64,000 bases of DNA from Sphingomonadales bacterium (GCA_038246695.1 JBBRVR010000001.1:41553-105552); one strand, 5' to 3'. Shown: positions 28,172-38,210, counted from the first letter of the stretch. A program made the numbers and translations. The notes: a model not told the origin generated them from the letters alone.

Positions 28172-29298
28172 TTCAGGAGACCTTTTTCGCGCATTTCGCT
28201 GAGGCTCTTTTCATACCCGCTCGCCTGCGGGCCGGACGCTTTCGCCCAGGCAACCAGCTGCGTGATGCCTTCCTCGAAGGTCCATGCGGGCACGAAACTG
28301 AGCGCGTCGTGAATGCGCTTCATATCGGCGTAATTGTGGCGGATATCGCCCAGCCGGAAATTGCCGGTGACCTTGATCGGCGTGTCTGCCTTGAACAGAC
28401 GGACCAAAGTGGTTGCGACCTCCATCACGCTGACCGGAGCACCGGTGCCGACATTGAAAACCTGACCGGCCGCGCGCGGATGCACAAGGCTGAGCGCGGT
28501 CGCTTCCACCACATCGTCGACGAACACGAAATCGCGGCTTTCCTCGCCATCCTCGAAGATGTTGATCCCCTTGCCCTGCATGATGAGGTTGGAGAAAATC
28601 GAGAGGATGCCGGTATAGGGGTTGGAGAGCGATTGCCCCGGACCATAGACGTTCTGATACCGCAGCGCGACGGCTTCGATCCCGATCGACGGGCAGACCG
28701 TCATCACCAATTGTTCCTGCACTTGTTTGGTGATGCCATAGACGCTGGAGGGGTGGATTTTCGCATCCTCGTGGGTCGAAACCAGTTCCAGCGCGCCCTC
28801 GACGCCGGGATATTTCACCGCGAAATCGCCCGCAACCATGTCCGCTTCGGCGCGGTGGGCGGGATATACCTCCGCCCCATCGGGCGTGCGATAGCGCCCC
28901 TCGCCATAGATCGAGCGCGAGGAGGCAACGAGGACGCGCTTTACCGAGTGATCGGCGTTGGCCAGAATATCGAGCAGCAGCGCAGTGCCCCCGATATTGA
29001 CCGAGTTGTACCGCTCGATCGCGTACATCGACTGGCCCGTGCCGGTTTCGGCGGCGAGATGGACGACAGCCTCGACGCCCTGCAACCCTGCTTCGAGCGC
29101 GCTGCGGTCGGTGACATCGGCGTGGATGACGCGCGCGGCGTTCGCCAGCGCCTTGTAACCCTCGCCCGCTTCGGGTGCGGTGCCGTGGACCTGCTCAAGG
29201 AAGTTGTCGAGCACAGTGACAGCGTGCCCGTCGCCCGCCAGCCGCAGGGCGAGGCGCGATCCGATAAAGCCCGCGCCGCCAGTGATAAGAATGTTCAT
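28168..29298 (-). CDS. Extended SDR NAD-dependent sugar epimerase/dehydratase
   Basis: Supporting motifs are MNILITGGAGFIGSRL, VVHLAAETGTGQS, ASSRSIYG and YGITKQVQE (YxxxK). Confidence 0.8.
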   Translation of the reverse strand: MNILITGGAGFIGSRLALRLAGDGHAVTVLDNFLEQVHGTAPEAGEGYKALANAARVIHADVTDRSALEAGLQGVEAVVHLAAETGTGQSMYAIERYNSVNIGGTALLLDILANADHSVKRVLVASSRSIYGEGRYRTPDGAEVYPAHRAEADMVAGDFAVKYPGVEGALELVSTHEDAKIHPSSVYGITKQVQEQLVMTVCPSIGIEAVALRYQNVYGPGQSLSNPYTGILSIFSNLIMQGKGINIFEDGEESRDFVFVDDVVEATALSLVHPRAAGQVFNVGTGAPVSVMEVATTLVRLFKADTPIKVTGNFRLGDIRHNYADMKRIHDALSFVPAWTFEEGITQLVAWAKASGPQASGYEKSLSEMREKGLLK

Positions 29299-30230
29299 TC
29301 GGCGGCCTCGGATTGAAGCGCGGCGCCAATGGGTTTGGGCGAGATCAGCGAGACGGTCTGCTGGATATTGCCGGGCGAGGATGCGCCAAAGACGACCGAC
29401 TGGATGTTGAGCCGGTTGATGTATTCATACGCTTCGGGCGCAGGCACCGCACCGCTCGCCAGAGTGCTCATCGCCATGATGGGGTATTTCGCCCCGTCAT
29501 TGGCGGCCAGGTCTGCCTCGTATTCGGAGACGCCCGGCGACATCAGATAGCCGATCTTGTTCACGGAGGCGCAGATCACCACGCCCTCGATCCCCCATTC
29601 CTGAAGCTTTGCGCGCAGGAATGGCAGGTTCTGCGTGATCAGGCCCGGCCATGCGCCAAACCGTTGGCGGACATAGTCGCAATAGGCGATGAAGGGATCG
29701 GGCACGTCATACCCCAGCATCAGATCGGTGATGATGTTCTGCAGGAATACGCAGCGCACATCCAGCCCGTCATAGATCGCCATTTCCTCATCGATCAGCA
29801 TTTTCATGAGCTTGACCGCGTCGAGCGTGGCGACCGCGCTCGCGCCGCGCACCATCTTGCCCAGAGCGGATTTCGCACCCCTGGCAAACAGGATTTCCTG
29901 CACCGCGCCGACCATCCCCTTGTCGTTTACCATCGCTGCATATTTGTGCGGATAGGGGATGGATGGGTACCATTTCAGATGGCCGTATCTGGCGGGGTCG
30001 CTGCGAAAAGCGTCGCAAATCCCGCTCGCGCGGTCATTGCTGTTGAGCATTATCGCATCGATCCCGGCATCAATGGCGTGGTTATAGACTGCCATGACGT
30101 TTTCGAGCTTGGCAAAGCGTTCGGCGCGTTCCTGCGCCCTGTCCTGGCTCATGTGATTGATGCCGAAAAACTGGTTGTCGCCAAAGATGATCCGGTCGAT
30201 CGGCTGGTGGTATTTCGCAGATGTGCTCAT
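29295..30230 (-). CDS. Conserved-looking hypothetical protein, no recognisable family (possibly a TIM-barrel enzyme)
   Basis: 311 aa starting MSTSAKYHQPIDRIIFGDNQFFGINHMSQDRAQERAERFAKLENVMAVYNHAIDAGIDAIMLNS. There are ATGA overlaps at both ends, with the Gfo/Idh/MocA gene upstream and the SDR gene downstream. Confidence 0.5.
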   Translation of the reverse strand: MSTSAKYHQPIDRIIFGDNQFFGINHMSQDRAQERAERFAKLENVMAVYNHAIDAGIDAIMLNSNDRASGICDAFRSDPARYGHLKWYPSIPYPHKYAAMVNDKGMVGAVQEILFARGAKSALGKMVRGASAVATLDAVKLMKMLIDEEMAIYDGLDVRCVFLQNIITDLMLGYDVPDPFIAYCDYVRQRFGAWPGLITQNLPFLRAKLQEWGIEGVVICASVNKIGYLMSPGVSEYEADLAANDGAKYPIMAMSTLASGAVPAPEAYEYINRLNIQSVVFGASSPGNIQQTVSLISPKPIGAALQSEAAE

Positions 30231-31303
30231 GCCGCAACTCCCCCGTGCGCCTTTTGCCCGGCGCGGCGCAATTGCGCATCGTCGGCAAAGATCTGTTCGA
30301 TCACGCGCAGGTTCTGCGCCGCATCGGCAAAGGTGCAGCGCACCGGTTTGCCCTCTCTGATCGCCGCCACGAAATCATAAAGCTGCGCGGTGTATTCGAT
30401 CCCACGCACGTAGAACGGCACGCTGGAGTGCACATCGGTGATGTAAAGCTGGTTCCAGCCCGCCTTCAGCCCATGGCGCTCGCTCGGCTCTTTCAGATGG
30501 ATCTTCATTCCGTGCTGATCGACCAGCAACTTGCCCTCGCTGCCGAACACTTCGAATTTGTTGGTCGGCTTGCGAAAGCTGGCGTCGGACCAGTTCACAT
30601 ACATTGTGCCTGCCAGCCCGGCATTCGGCCCGGCATCGTAGAACAGGCTGGTGGAAACGATATCCTCGACCTGTCTTGAATAGACCTGCGACAAGCTGGT
30701 GCCGCCCACGCGCCCCGGCGCGCCGAAGAAATAGGCGATCAGGTCGATCGCATGGCTCGCCATTTCGAACACCGCACCGCCACCGTTGGCGTGGCTCGCG
30801 CGCCAGCCCGCATCGCCAACGTCGCGGGTGATCGTGGGGCTGAACATTTCGCTGCGGAATCTCAACGCGCGGCCCAGCAGCCCTTCATCGACGAAGCTCT
30901 TGGCCTTTGTAAACATGTCGTTCCAGCGGTTCACATAGCCGACCTGATTGATGATCCCGGCGGCGTCGTAACTTTTGGCGAAAGCCGCGCCATCGGCGGC
31001 GTTCAGCACGAACGGTTTTTCGACAAAGGCGGGCAGGCGGGCCTCGTACACTGCCTGCAGGATTTCGGGATTGAAGGCAGGCGGGGTACACACAAGCACA
31101 CCGTCAAGCGCCTCGCCTTTCAGCAACCCCTTGTAATCCTTGTAGGTCGCAACCTTGGCATATTTGCCCAGCATCGCCGTGATCAGCTTTGACGGGTCGG
31201 CCACAGCGGTGATTTTCACATGTTCGTGCGCATTGGCGATGGAATAATGGGTGATCCCCATCCGTCCAGCACCGATGATCCCGAATTTCAGAGTATCAGA
31301 CAT
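30227..31303 (-). CDS. Gfo/Idh/MocA family NAD(P)-dependent sugar oxidoreductase
   Basis: ORF 30227..31399. ATG 31303 gives MSDTLKFGIIGAGRMGITHYSI. The motif VEKPFVLN (EKP) is present. Confidence 0.8.
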   Translation of the reverse strand: MSDTLKFGIIGAGRMGITHYSIANAHEHVKITAVADPSKLITAMLGKYAKVATYKDYKGLLKGEALDGVLVCTPPAFNPEILQAVYEARLPAFVEKPFVLNAADGAAFAKSYDAAGIINQVGYVNRWNDMFTKAKSFVDEGLLGRALRFRSEMFSPTITRDVGDAGWRASHANGGGAVFEMASHAIDLIAYFFGAPGRVGGTSLSQVYSRQVEDIVSTSLFYDAGPNAGLAGTMYVNWSDASFRKPTNKFEVFGSEGKLLVDQHGMKIHLKEPSERHGLKAGWNQLYITDVHSSVPFYVRGIEYTAQLYDFVAAIREGKPVRCTFADAAQNLRVIEQIFADDAQLRRAGQKAHGGVAA

Positions 31304-32090
31304 TCTCGGGATACCTCTTGATGCCGACCCGCGCGAGCAGCAGATGCCAGAAGAACAGCGCGATCTGCGGATAGCGTTTGAGCAGTTCGGGCCGGTCAAT
31401 CGTGCGGATCAGCCAGGCCATGTAGATCTTCCACCAGAACGGATGGATTTCTTTGCGGTTGCCCGCATACCAGTCGAACACTCCGCCAACCGCAGCGACG
31501 ATGCAGGCATCGAGCCGGTCGCGGTGGAGGTAGCCCCACTTTTCCTGCTTGGGCGCGGTCATCCCCAGGAACACCACATCGGGGCGAAAGGCGTTGACCG
31601 CGGCGATCATCGCGTCGTTGTCTTGGGCTGTAAATTCCGGCTTGAACGGCGGCGAATAGCTGCCCACCGCGACATCGGGATAATCGCGTGTCGTGCGCTC
31701 TTCCATTTTCTTGAGCGTCGCGGGGCTCGCACCCAGAAAGAACACGCGGCCCTTTTGCGCCTGCAACCGCTGCATGAAGTGATAGAAGATGTCCGGCCCC
31801 TGATTGGGCTTCATCGTCTCACCCTTCAGGATGACCGATGACAGGCCGAAATACACCCCGTCGAGGCACAGATAGTCGGCGCGCTGCATTGCGTGCGAAT
31901 AGGTTTCGTCGCGCGTCGCATTGCCATAGCTGATCGGGCTGATCGTCTGGATCGTCGAACACGGGCGGGAGAGCGGGATGAGCGAGAGGTCTTCGTTGAA
32001 CACGGCATAACCCATCGCCTCGACGCACTGGTCGGGCGAAGCCTTGGCCGGAATTGCCGGCGCAATCGGGGCGCGGTCGGCTTCAGCCAT
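31296..32090 (-). CDS. WecG/TagA/CpsF family (GT26) glycosyltransferase
   Basis: ATG 32090. Supporting sequences are DGVYFGLSSVILKG, VFFLGASPATLKKMEE, YSPPFKPEF and FRPDVVFLGMTAPKQEKWGYLH. Confidence 0.8.
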   Translation of the reverse strand: MAEADRAPIAPAIPAKASPDQCVEAMGYAVFNEDLSLIPLSRPCSTIQTISPISYGNATRDETYSHAMQRADYLCLDGVYFGLSSVILKGETMKPNQGPDIFYHFMQRLQAQKGRVFFLGASPATLKKMEERTTRDYPDVAVGSYSPPFKPEFTAQDNDAMIAAVNAFRPDVVFLGMTAPKQEKWGYLHRDRLDACIVAAVGGVFDWYAGNRKEIHPFWWKIYMAWLIRTIDRPELLKRYPQIALFFWHLLLARVGIKRYPENV

Positions 32091-32829
32091 GACGAAACGA
32101 ATTGCTGTTGAACACCGGATCGTCATCACGCGCGAACATCAGGTCAACCTGCCACAGCGCGCCATCGGTCGGGCGGTTGAGCACATCGACGAGGTGGCTC
32201 ACGCGAAAGCCCTTTCCACCCAGATAGGCGATCATTTCGTGGAACAGCAGGGTTTCGGGAGTGTGGCGGAAATTATACGCCTCCATCACGATATATTGCG
32301 TATCTTTGAGCACGTGGGCCGCGCTTTCGAGGATCGGAAGTTCAAACCCGTGCGTGTCGAATTTGAGGAAATACGGACCCTTAAGCCCCTTGCGCTGCGC
32401 GATCCCATCGACCGACTGCACCGATACCGTGCGGGTCTTGCCCTCGCTGCCATGCACGCTCGACCCGTCAAGATCGTCGGTCACGGCCAGCTCCACCGTG
32501 CCGCCGTCATCGCCGCCCGCCACTGCCGAAACATAGTCGAACCGTGAGTTTTCAGCCTTCAGCTTTTCGAGATATGGCACCCGTTCTTCCAGCGGATCGA
32601 CGCCGACGATGCGGGTGCCGGGAAACAGATCCAGCGCCATGCGGCTCCAATTGCCCTGCGCTGCGCCCAAATCGAGAATGCTTGCAATTCCGTGGTCGCG
32701 CGCCTTCTTGTTCTTTTGGGCCAGCCAGCCCAGCGCATATTCCATGTCGATCCCGGCGCGGTAAAGCTGCGCACCCGTAGGCGCGATGAGGCGGTTCGCC
32801 ACACGCAGGATGTTTTTCTTGGTACTCAT
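32083..32829 (-). CDS. FkbM family SAM-dependent methyltransferase
   Basis: 248 aa. SAM motif I is ILDLGAAQGNWS, and FLKFDTHGFELPIL is typical of FkbM-type enzymes. Confidence 0.75.
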   Translation of the reverse strand: MSTKKNILRVANRLIAPTGAQLYRAGIDMEYALGWLAQKNKKARDHGIASILDLGAAQGNWSRMALDLFPGTRIVGVDPLEERVPYLEKLKAENSRFDYVSAVAGGDDGGTVELAVTDDLDGSSVHGSEGKTRTVSVQSVDGIAQRKGLKGPYFLKFDTHGFELPILESAAHVLKDTQYIVMEAYNFRHTPETLLFHEMIAYLGGKGFRVSHLVDVLNRPTDGALWQVDLMFARDDDPVFNSNSFRHG

Positions 32830-32957
32830 GTCGGTTTTATTATCCCTGGTTCTTCGCCAACCAGCTGAACATTTTCAAACGCCGGGCCCTACACTGCCCA
32901 CCGCGCCAAGCCAATTGCTCAAGCTGAAGCGAAGCGAAAACGCGCTGAGGCGAGGCA

Positions 32958-33941
32958 TCAGCCCTTCCTTCGATTGTGGTCGCGCTGCACTTCGGTGGCG
33001 ATCCAAGCGTAGGTTTTCTCCATTCCGGCGCGCAGGGTTTCCGACGGCGCCCAGCCGAGCCTTTCGCGAATCAGGCGGTTGTCGGAATTTCGCCCTCGCA
33101 CGCCCAGCGGACCGGGGATGTTGTTGGTCGACACCTTCTTGCCTGAAATATCGATCGCCATTTCCGCCAGCCCATTGATCGGGATCATCTCGTCCGAACC
33201 GATATTCACTGGCCCTTCGAAATCGGAGCGAAGCAGCCGCACTGTGCCTTCGAGGCATTCGTCGATGTAGAGGAAGCTGCGCGTCTGCTTGCCATCGCCC
33301 CACACCTCGATCGCGCCGCCATCGGGCGCCTCGGCAACCTTGCGACACATTGCGGCGGGCGCTTTTTCCTTGCCGCCGGACCACGTGCCCTGCGGGCCGA
33401 AAATGTTGTGATAGCGTGCAACCCGGCACTCCATCCCATGATTACGGTTATAGGCAAGATACAGCCGCTCCGAAAACAGCTTCTCCCAGCCATATTCGCT
33501 ATCGGGATTGGCGGGGTAGGCGCTGTCTTCGGCGCAATTGGGATTGTCCGGATCGAGCTGGTTATGCTCGGGATACATGCACGCCGACGAAGAATAGAAC
33601 ACCCGCTTGATCGTGCGCTTGTGACACGCATCCAGCACGTTGAGGTTGATCGTCGCGGAATTGTGCATGATGTCGGCATCGTTTTCGCCGGTGAAGATAT
33701 AGCCCGCACCGCCCATGTCGGCGGCCAGTTGATACACCTCGTCAAACCGCTGATCGATGACTTCGCGCACAAACCGCTGATCGCGCAGATCGCCAATCGC
33801 GAAATCGTCAGCCTCAGTTTCGGCGTATTCGTTGAACTTCAGGTCAACGCCGCGCACCCAGAACCCTTCGGCTTTCAGCCGCTTGACCAGATGCCCGCCG
33901 ATAAAGCCGCCTGCGCCGCAGACCAGTGCCGTTTTGTGCAT
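32958..33941 (-). CDS. GDP-mannose 3,5-epimerase (GME) homologue
   Basis: ATG 33941. The sequence MHKTALVCGAGGFIGGHLVKRLK...QLAADMGGAGYI...FYSSSACMYPE...YGWEKLFSE...RYHNIFGPQGTWSGGKEKAPAAMCRK...GDGKQTRSFLYIDECLEGTVRLLRSDFEGPVNIGSDEM...GPLGVRGRNSDN tracks plant GME block by block, as far as I recall that sequence. Confidence 0.75.
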   Translation of the reverse strand: MHKTALVCGAGGFIGGHLVKRLKAEGFWVRGVDLKFNEYAETEADDFAIGDLRDQRFVREVIDQRFDEVYQLAADMGGAGYIFTGENDADIMHNSATINLNVLDACHKRTIKRVFYSSSACMYPEHNQLDPDNPNCAEDSAYPANPDSEYGWEKLFSERLYLAYNRNHGMECRVARYHNIFGPQGTWSGGKEKAPAAMCRKVAEAPDGGAIEVWGDGKQTRSFLYIDECLEGTVRLLRSDFEGPVNIGSDEMIPINGLAEMAIDISGKKVSTNNIPGPLGVRGRNSDNRLIRERLGWAPSETLRAGMEKTYAWIATEVQRDHNRRKG

Positions 33942-34097
33942 GTATTCTCTACCCTGACAGTTTGTTTCGCGGCGATCACCACAAATTAGGCCGCGGATTC
34001 GTAATAGTGCGTGAAATGGCCGCCGCTTTAGCCGGGGCTCAGGATTGCTGCAATTGTGAGTTAGCACTCATGTGGACGGTTCGACCGCGAAACTGCG

Positions 34098-34562
34098 CTA
34101 GAGCTTCAGACCTTCCATCTCGATCCCTTCGCGCACGATGCGCGCCGGATTGCCCGCGACGATGCTGCCCGATGGCACGTCCCTCGTCACCACCGCGCCC
34201 GATCCGATCACGCATTCATCGCCGATTCGCACCCCGCCCATTATCACCGCGCCAATGCCGATCACGCACCATTCGCCGATATAGGTGTGCACCTTTTCGC
34301 CGTCATACCGGCCCAGGCTTTTGCGCGGGATCAGTTTGTGACTGAGGATCGTCACCCGACTGGTGAGGATCGTGTGCGGGCCGACATGGATGCCTTGCGG
34401 AAAATACCGGTCGAGATTCAGCCCGCGCTCGATCTCGCAGGTTGGGTGAATGTCATACCCGCTGACCTTGTAGCGGTACCAGCGCAGACGCTGAACCACC
34501 TTGGCGATGGTCTGACGCAAGCCCCTGGTCTCTTCGCTCTTGTCAAAACTCTCATCGCTCAT
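34098..34562 (-). CDS. Left-handed beta-helix (hexapeptide) acetyltransferase
   Basis: The hexapeptide repeats are IGEWCVIGIGAVIMGGVRIGDECVIGSGAVVTRDVPSGSIVAGNPARIV. Confidence 0.75.
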   Translation of the reverse strand: MSDESFDKSEETRGLRQTIAKVVQRLRWYRYKVSGYDIHPTCEIERGLNLDRYFPQGIHVGPHTILTSRVTILSHKLIPRKSLGRYDGEKVHTYIGEWCVIGIGAVIMGGVRIGDECVIGSGAVVTRDVPSGSIVAGNPARIVREGIEMEGLKL

Positions 34563-35523
34563 GCCGATGCTCCGTTCGTTCGATCAGTTGGCGAGCCCAA
34601 TTGTCGACATGGAACGCTGCGACATCGGGCTGCGAGGTGATGGGCGTGGCGAGAAAATCGGGCACGGCTGAAAAATCGTGCCCGTCCACGAGTAGGAAAC
34701 GGTCCGGGCGATAAAAGGGTTCATTGAGGATGCGGGGATTTTCAGTGATGATCTTGATCCCGGCGCACATATTTTCAATCAGGCGCATGGTGTATCCCGA
34801 TTGTGCGTGATTGGCGAAATCGAAGGTTGCGCGGCTGGTTTCCATCATGGCGACGATACCTTCGAAATCGATGCTGTCGCCAGTCACGCCGGGCAGGGAT
34901 TTGCCCGCTCGCCACAGCTGCAATCGCACCACCGGGCTGCACACGAGATGGAACCGCGCACTGAGCCCGGCACCTTCGCAGAACCGATGCAGTCGCGCGA
35001 GCGCGTCAAACCGGTTCATCGATCCGATTGCGCCGACGAAATAAAGGTCGCGTTCTGGCGCGCGAGTCCGATCGATTTCAAAGAAGCGGGGGACTGCGAA
35101 CAATGGCAGATAGGCGATGCCCAGCGCGCGGGCATCATCGGGATCGAATGTCGCGGGGTGGTCAAAATGCCTCAGCCACGGCCGGAAATCGTGAGTGGTC
35201 AGCGAATCCCAGTTGTAGAGTACGAAATGCGCAGCAGGATGCAGGGCGCGCAGCCGTTCCAGCGCCGAATGGCGCATCTGGTGGACCTGAATAAAAAGAA
35301 CCACGTCATATTCTGTGCCCGCGGTGCTTTCGATCAGGCGGTCGTGGTAGGCTGCGCGGCGCGCCTCATAGGCGGCGGGGGCAAGCTTTTTCGCTGCTTT
35401 CGCAGCGAAGCTCCGGTCCTCGATCGCGTGGAAATCGACGCTGTGCCCTAGCCGTTCGAACGCGGCGCCGATGCGGCTGGCATAGTCATAGAAATCCATG
35501 CCGATGAACAGGATGCGGGCCAT
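34552..35523 (-). CDS. Hypothetical protein, candidate non-canonical glycosyltransferase
   Basis: 323 aa starting MARILFIGMDFYDYASRIG. The C-terminal GYTMRLIENMCAGIKIITEN resembles the sugar-donor lobe of GT-B-like capsule/LPS proteins. This is a weak assignment from memory only. Confidence 0.35.
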   Translation of the reverse strand: MARILFIGMDFYDYASRIGAAFERLGHSVDFHAIEDRSFAAKAAKKLAPAAYEARRAAYHDRLIESTAGTEYDVVLFIQVHQMRHSALERLRALHPAAHFVLYNWDSLTTHDFRPWLRHFDHPATFDPDDARALGIAYLPLFAVPRFFEIDRTRAPERDLYFVGAIGSMNRFDALARLHRFCEGAGLSARFHLVCSPVVRLQLWRAGKSLPGVTGDSIDFEGIVAMMETSRATFDFANHAQSGYTMRLIENMCAGIKIITENPRILNEPFYRPDRFLLVDGHDFSAVPDFLATPITSQPDVAAFHVDNWARQLIERTEHRHER

Positions 35524-35544
35524 AGGTGCGCCAGGAAACGGTGG

Positions 35545-36837
35545 TCAGCTGCGTTTGCCGACGGGGGCGCCGACAGCGGACCGCTGCCCGCCCAGCAGCG
35601 AGTTAACCCGGCGCGACTGGATCAGCAGTCCGCTGAAGGCCAGCATCAGGAACACTGGCGTGAACGAGAGCGATTCCGAAATGAGCGAAAGTATCGCAAT
35701 CGCTGCCATCAGCAATCCGGGTTTGAACAGCCGCTGCCGGAAAATGCCAAGCAGAAAGATGATCGCGAGCGGGATACCCAGACTGTAGAACAGCACCACG
35801 ATCCCGTTGGTGTTGCCGCGTTCAGTGATATTTTCCCGGCTCAGTTCAGCTTCACGATAGCCGACCTTGCTGGCAACAACGTAATACTTCTCATAGTCAA
35901 AGCCGATCCCGGTCAACGGCTGCTCCAGCGCAACATTGATCCCCGTGCGCAGATCGTATTCGCGAGCCTCGGCAGAACCGCTGAGCGTGCCATAGAATTT
36001 TTCTGTCACATTGTACGTCATATACGCCTCCAGCGGCAGCAGCATGATCGGGACAAACACGAATACGCCCAATTTCTGGGACCGGTTCGCGGTCCGCAGC
36101 CACACAAAATAAGCGATGGCAAATTGCAGCGCCAGAATGATGACACCGGTGGTGGACTGCGTGGCGATGACTGCCAGCGCAGCCAGCGCGATGTCGAACA
36201 ACCGCTGCTTGCGCATGAACAGCACGATCAGCAGAAACAGATTGAGGTAAAACTGGAAGACGCCCGGTTCGAAAAAGAACCCGTCGGGGCGTTTCAGCAG
36301 GGCATTGCTGCCCGACAGATCGTGATAGGTAAAGACATAACCGACGGTGTAATAGGTGGAGTCGTTGACCACGAACGTCGATTGATAATCAGCCAGCAAG
36401 ATCACGATTACCGGTGTGAGCACCGCCTGAAACGCCATGAGTTTCAAGATCCAGTACAGGTCATCCACCAGGGTGCTGCGGCGTTCATCGATATAGAGCA
36501 GCAGCAGGGCCAAGCCTGCTGCGAAATTCGCATAGCGCACAATCATCGGTTGAACCTGAAGATTGTCACCTCCCACCAGTGCGGCTGCGGCGACCAACAG
36601 CAAAAGCACCCAGATGCCGAGAAACTCGGCCTTGAACAGCCGCAAGGGGCTTTTGAGTGAAAAGCACAGGACCAGCACCACCGCCAACAGCGGAATACGT
36701 GGGATCGGCAGCAATCCGCCGGAAATCAGGATCGCGGCAAATAACGCCACCTGCCGCAGCACGCGGCGCAGCGCCTCATTGGTGATCTGGCCCGCCTGAC
36801 GGTATGCAGGCTGATGGGGCGGGGCGAGCGCAGCCAT
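35545..36837 (-). CDS. Polytopic membrane protein, Wzy-type polysaccharide polymerase candidate
   Basis: ORF 35545..36975; ATG 36837. It has at least 10 hydrophobic segments and a large loop (SGSNALLKRPDGFFFEPGVFQ). GC is visibly lower here: two 60-nt lines counted by hand are 50-53% GC. Confidence 0.55.
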   Translation of the reverse strand: MAALAPPHQPAYRQAGQITNEALRRVLRQVALFAAILISGGLLPIPRIPLLAVVLVLCFSLKSPLRLFKAEFLGIWVLLLLVAAAALVGGDNLQVQPMIVRYANFAAGLALLLLYIDERRSTLVDDLYWILKLMAFQAVLTPVIVILLADYQSTFVVNDSTYYTVGYVFTYHDLSGSNALLKRPDGFFFEPGVFQFYLNLFLLIVLFMRKQRLFDIALAALAVIATQSTTGVIILALQFAIAYFVWLRTANRSQKLGVFVFVPIMLLPLEAYMTYNVTEKFYGTLSGSAEAREYDLRTGINVALEQPLTGIGFDYEKYYVVASKVGYREAELSRENITERGNTNGIVVLFYSLGIPLAIIFLLGIFRQRLFKPGLLMAAIAILSLISESLSFTPVFLMLAFSGLLIQSRRVNSLLGGQRSAVGAPVGKRS

Positions 36838-37075
36838 TGCGTGGTTTCTCCTGATGCCAAAGCCCCTACCATTCGCGGTGCAAAGGGCAAGGGCTACCGA
36901 AACCCTGACATCGGTGAAGGGTATTCGACAGCACTTTTGCAGAGGGTTCGGCACCAATCGGACTTGCTCGCGCATTCAAGTGCTGTCATTGCCCGCCGCC
37001 ACGCTGAATGCGGTTGAAAGCTGGCATTGCAGGCTCAGAGTGCCATGAAAACATCGCGCTGAATGGAACGGATCG

Positions 37076-38194
37076 ATGCGAACAATTGGTCAGATCATGG
37101 ACGAAAACAACGGTATCGGGCCGGGTTTCGATGTCCTGCGCGTTGGTCTCGCCTTTGCGGTCGTGCTGCGTCATTGTTTCCCGCTGACCTACGGCAATTC
37201 CGAGGCCGCGGCATCCGGTTTCCTGTGGACTGCGACGATGGCGATCATCCCGATCTTCTTCATCCTGTCAGGTTTTCTGGTAACCGGCAGCGCTCTGCGC
37301 CTGTCGCTCGGCAAGTTTGTGGCCAGCCGGGTCTTGCGGATCGTCCCCGCGCTTGCGGTTGACACCATTGTCACAATTTTGGTGATTGGACTGGTGTTCA
37401 CCACGCTGCCATTGGGCGAGTATCTCACGAGCCCGCAAACTGCCACCTATCTCGCCAATATCGCCGGGTTTATCCATTATTACCTGCCCGGCGTGTTTGC
37501 GGATAATCCGCTGCCTGGCGTGGTCAACGGCTCGCTCTGGACGATCCCGCCTGAGCTGGGCTGTTATGTGTTTATCAGTGGGCTCATCTTCCTGGGCTGG
37601 GTCAGCCATTGGAAGCGAACCTTGGTGCTGGCACTTGCGATGGTCGCGTTCATCGCCGCCGCGCCGTTTCTCCCCGAAGCCACGCCGGCCGCGCTCACGC
37701 GCTTGGCGAGCCATCCCGGCGCGCTGCTGGTGCCTGAATTCCTGATCGGTTCGGTCCTGTATCTGAAACGTGACAGGATCCCCTATTCCGCAACCCTGTT
37801 CTGGTTGTGCGTCGCGCTGATCATCGCATCCGGGTTTGTGCTGCCCGAAGCGGTGTTTTCGGTGATGCCGGCGAGCTCGGCGCTCGCCATACCGCTCTAC
37901 GCCTATGTTGCGCTGTTCATCGGCGCGACGAAAATGCCCAAGCTTCCGCTCTTTTCCCGCGGCGATTACAGCTATGGCATCTACCTTTACGGGTTTCCGA
38001 TCCAGCAGGCGATTGTTGCCGGCACGGGCGTGCTGAATCCCTTCGCCTTGTTTTTTATGGCGATTGTGCCGGTCACGCTGTTGGCGATGGCATCGTGGCA
38101 CTTCGTTGAAAAGCCAACCCTGCGGCTGCGCAAGGGCTTTTCCATGGCCGCGAAAATGGAGGCCAAGCGCCAGAAGGAAGGCGAGGCGGGCTGA
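37076..38194 (+). CDS. Acyltransferase family 3 (OafA/NolL-type integral-membrane O-acyltransferase)
   Basis: 372 aa. Supporting sequences are GFDVLRVGLAFAVVLRHC and FFILSGFLVTGS. It has about 10 TM segments. Confidence 0.8.
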   Translation: MRTIGQIMDENNGIGPGFDVLRVGLAFAVVLRHCFPLTYGNSEAAASGFLWTATMAIIPIFFILSGFLVTGSALRLSLGKFVASRVLRIVPALAVDTIVTILVIGLVFTTLPLGEYLTSPQTATYLANIAGFIHYYLPGVFADNPLPGVVNGSLWTIPPELGCYVFISGLIFLGWVSHWKRTLVLALAMVAFIAAAPFLPEATPAALTRLASHPGALLVPEFLIGSVLYLKRDRIPYSATLFWLCVALIIASGFVLPEAVFSVMPASSALAIPLYAYVALFIGATKMPKLPLFSRGDYSYGIYLYGFPIQQAIVAGTGVLNPFALFFMAIVPVTLLAMASWHFVEKPTLRLRKGFSMAAKMEAKRQKEGEAG

Positions 38195-38210
38195 TCGGCG
38201 CGCACCTGTC

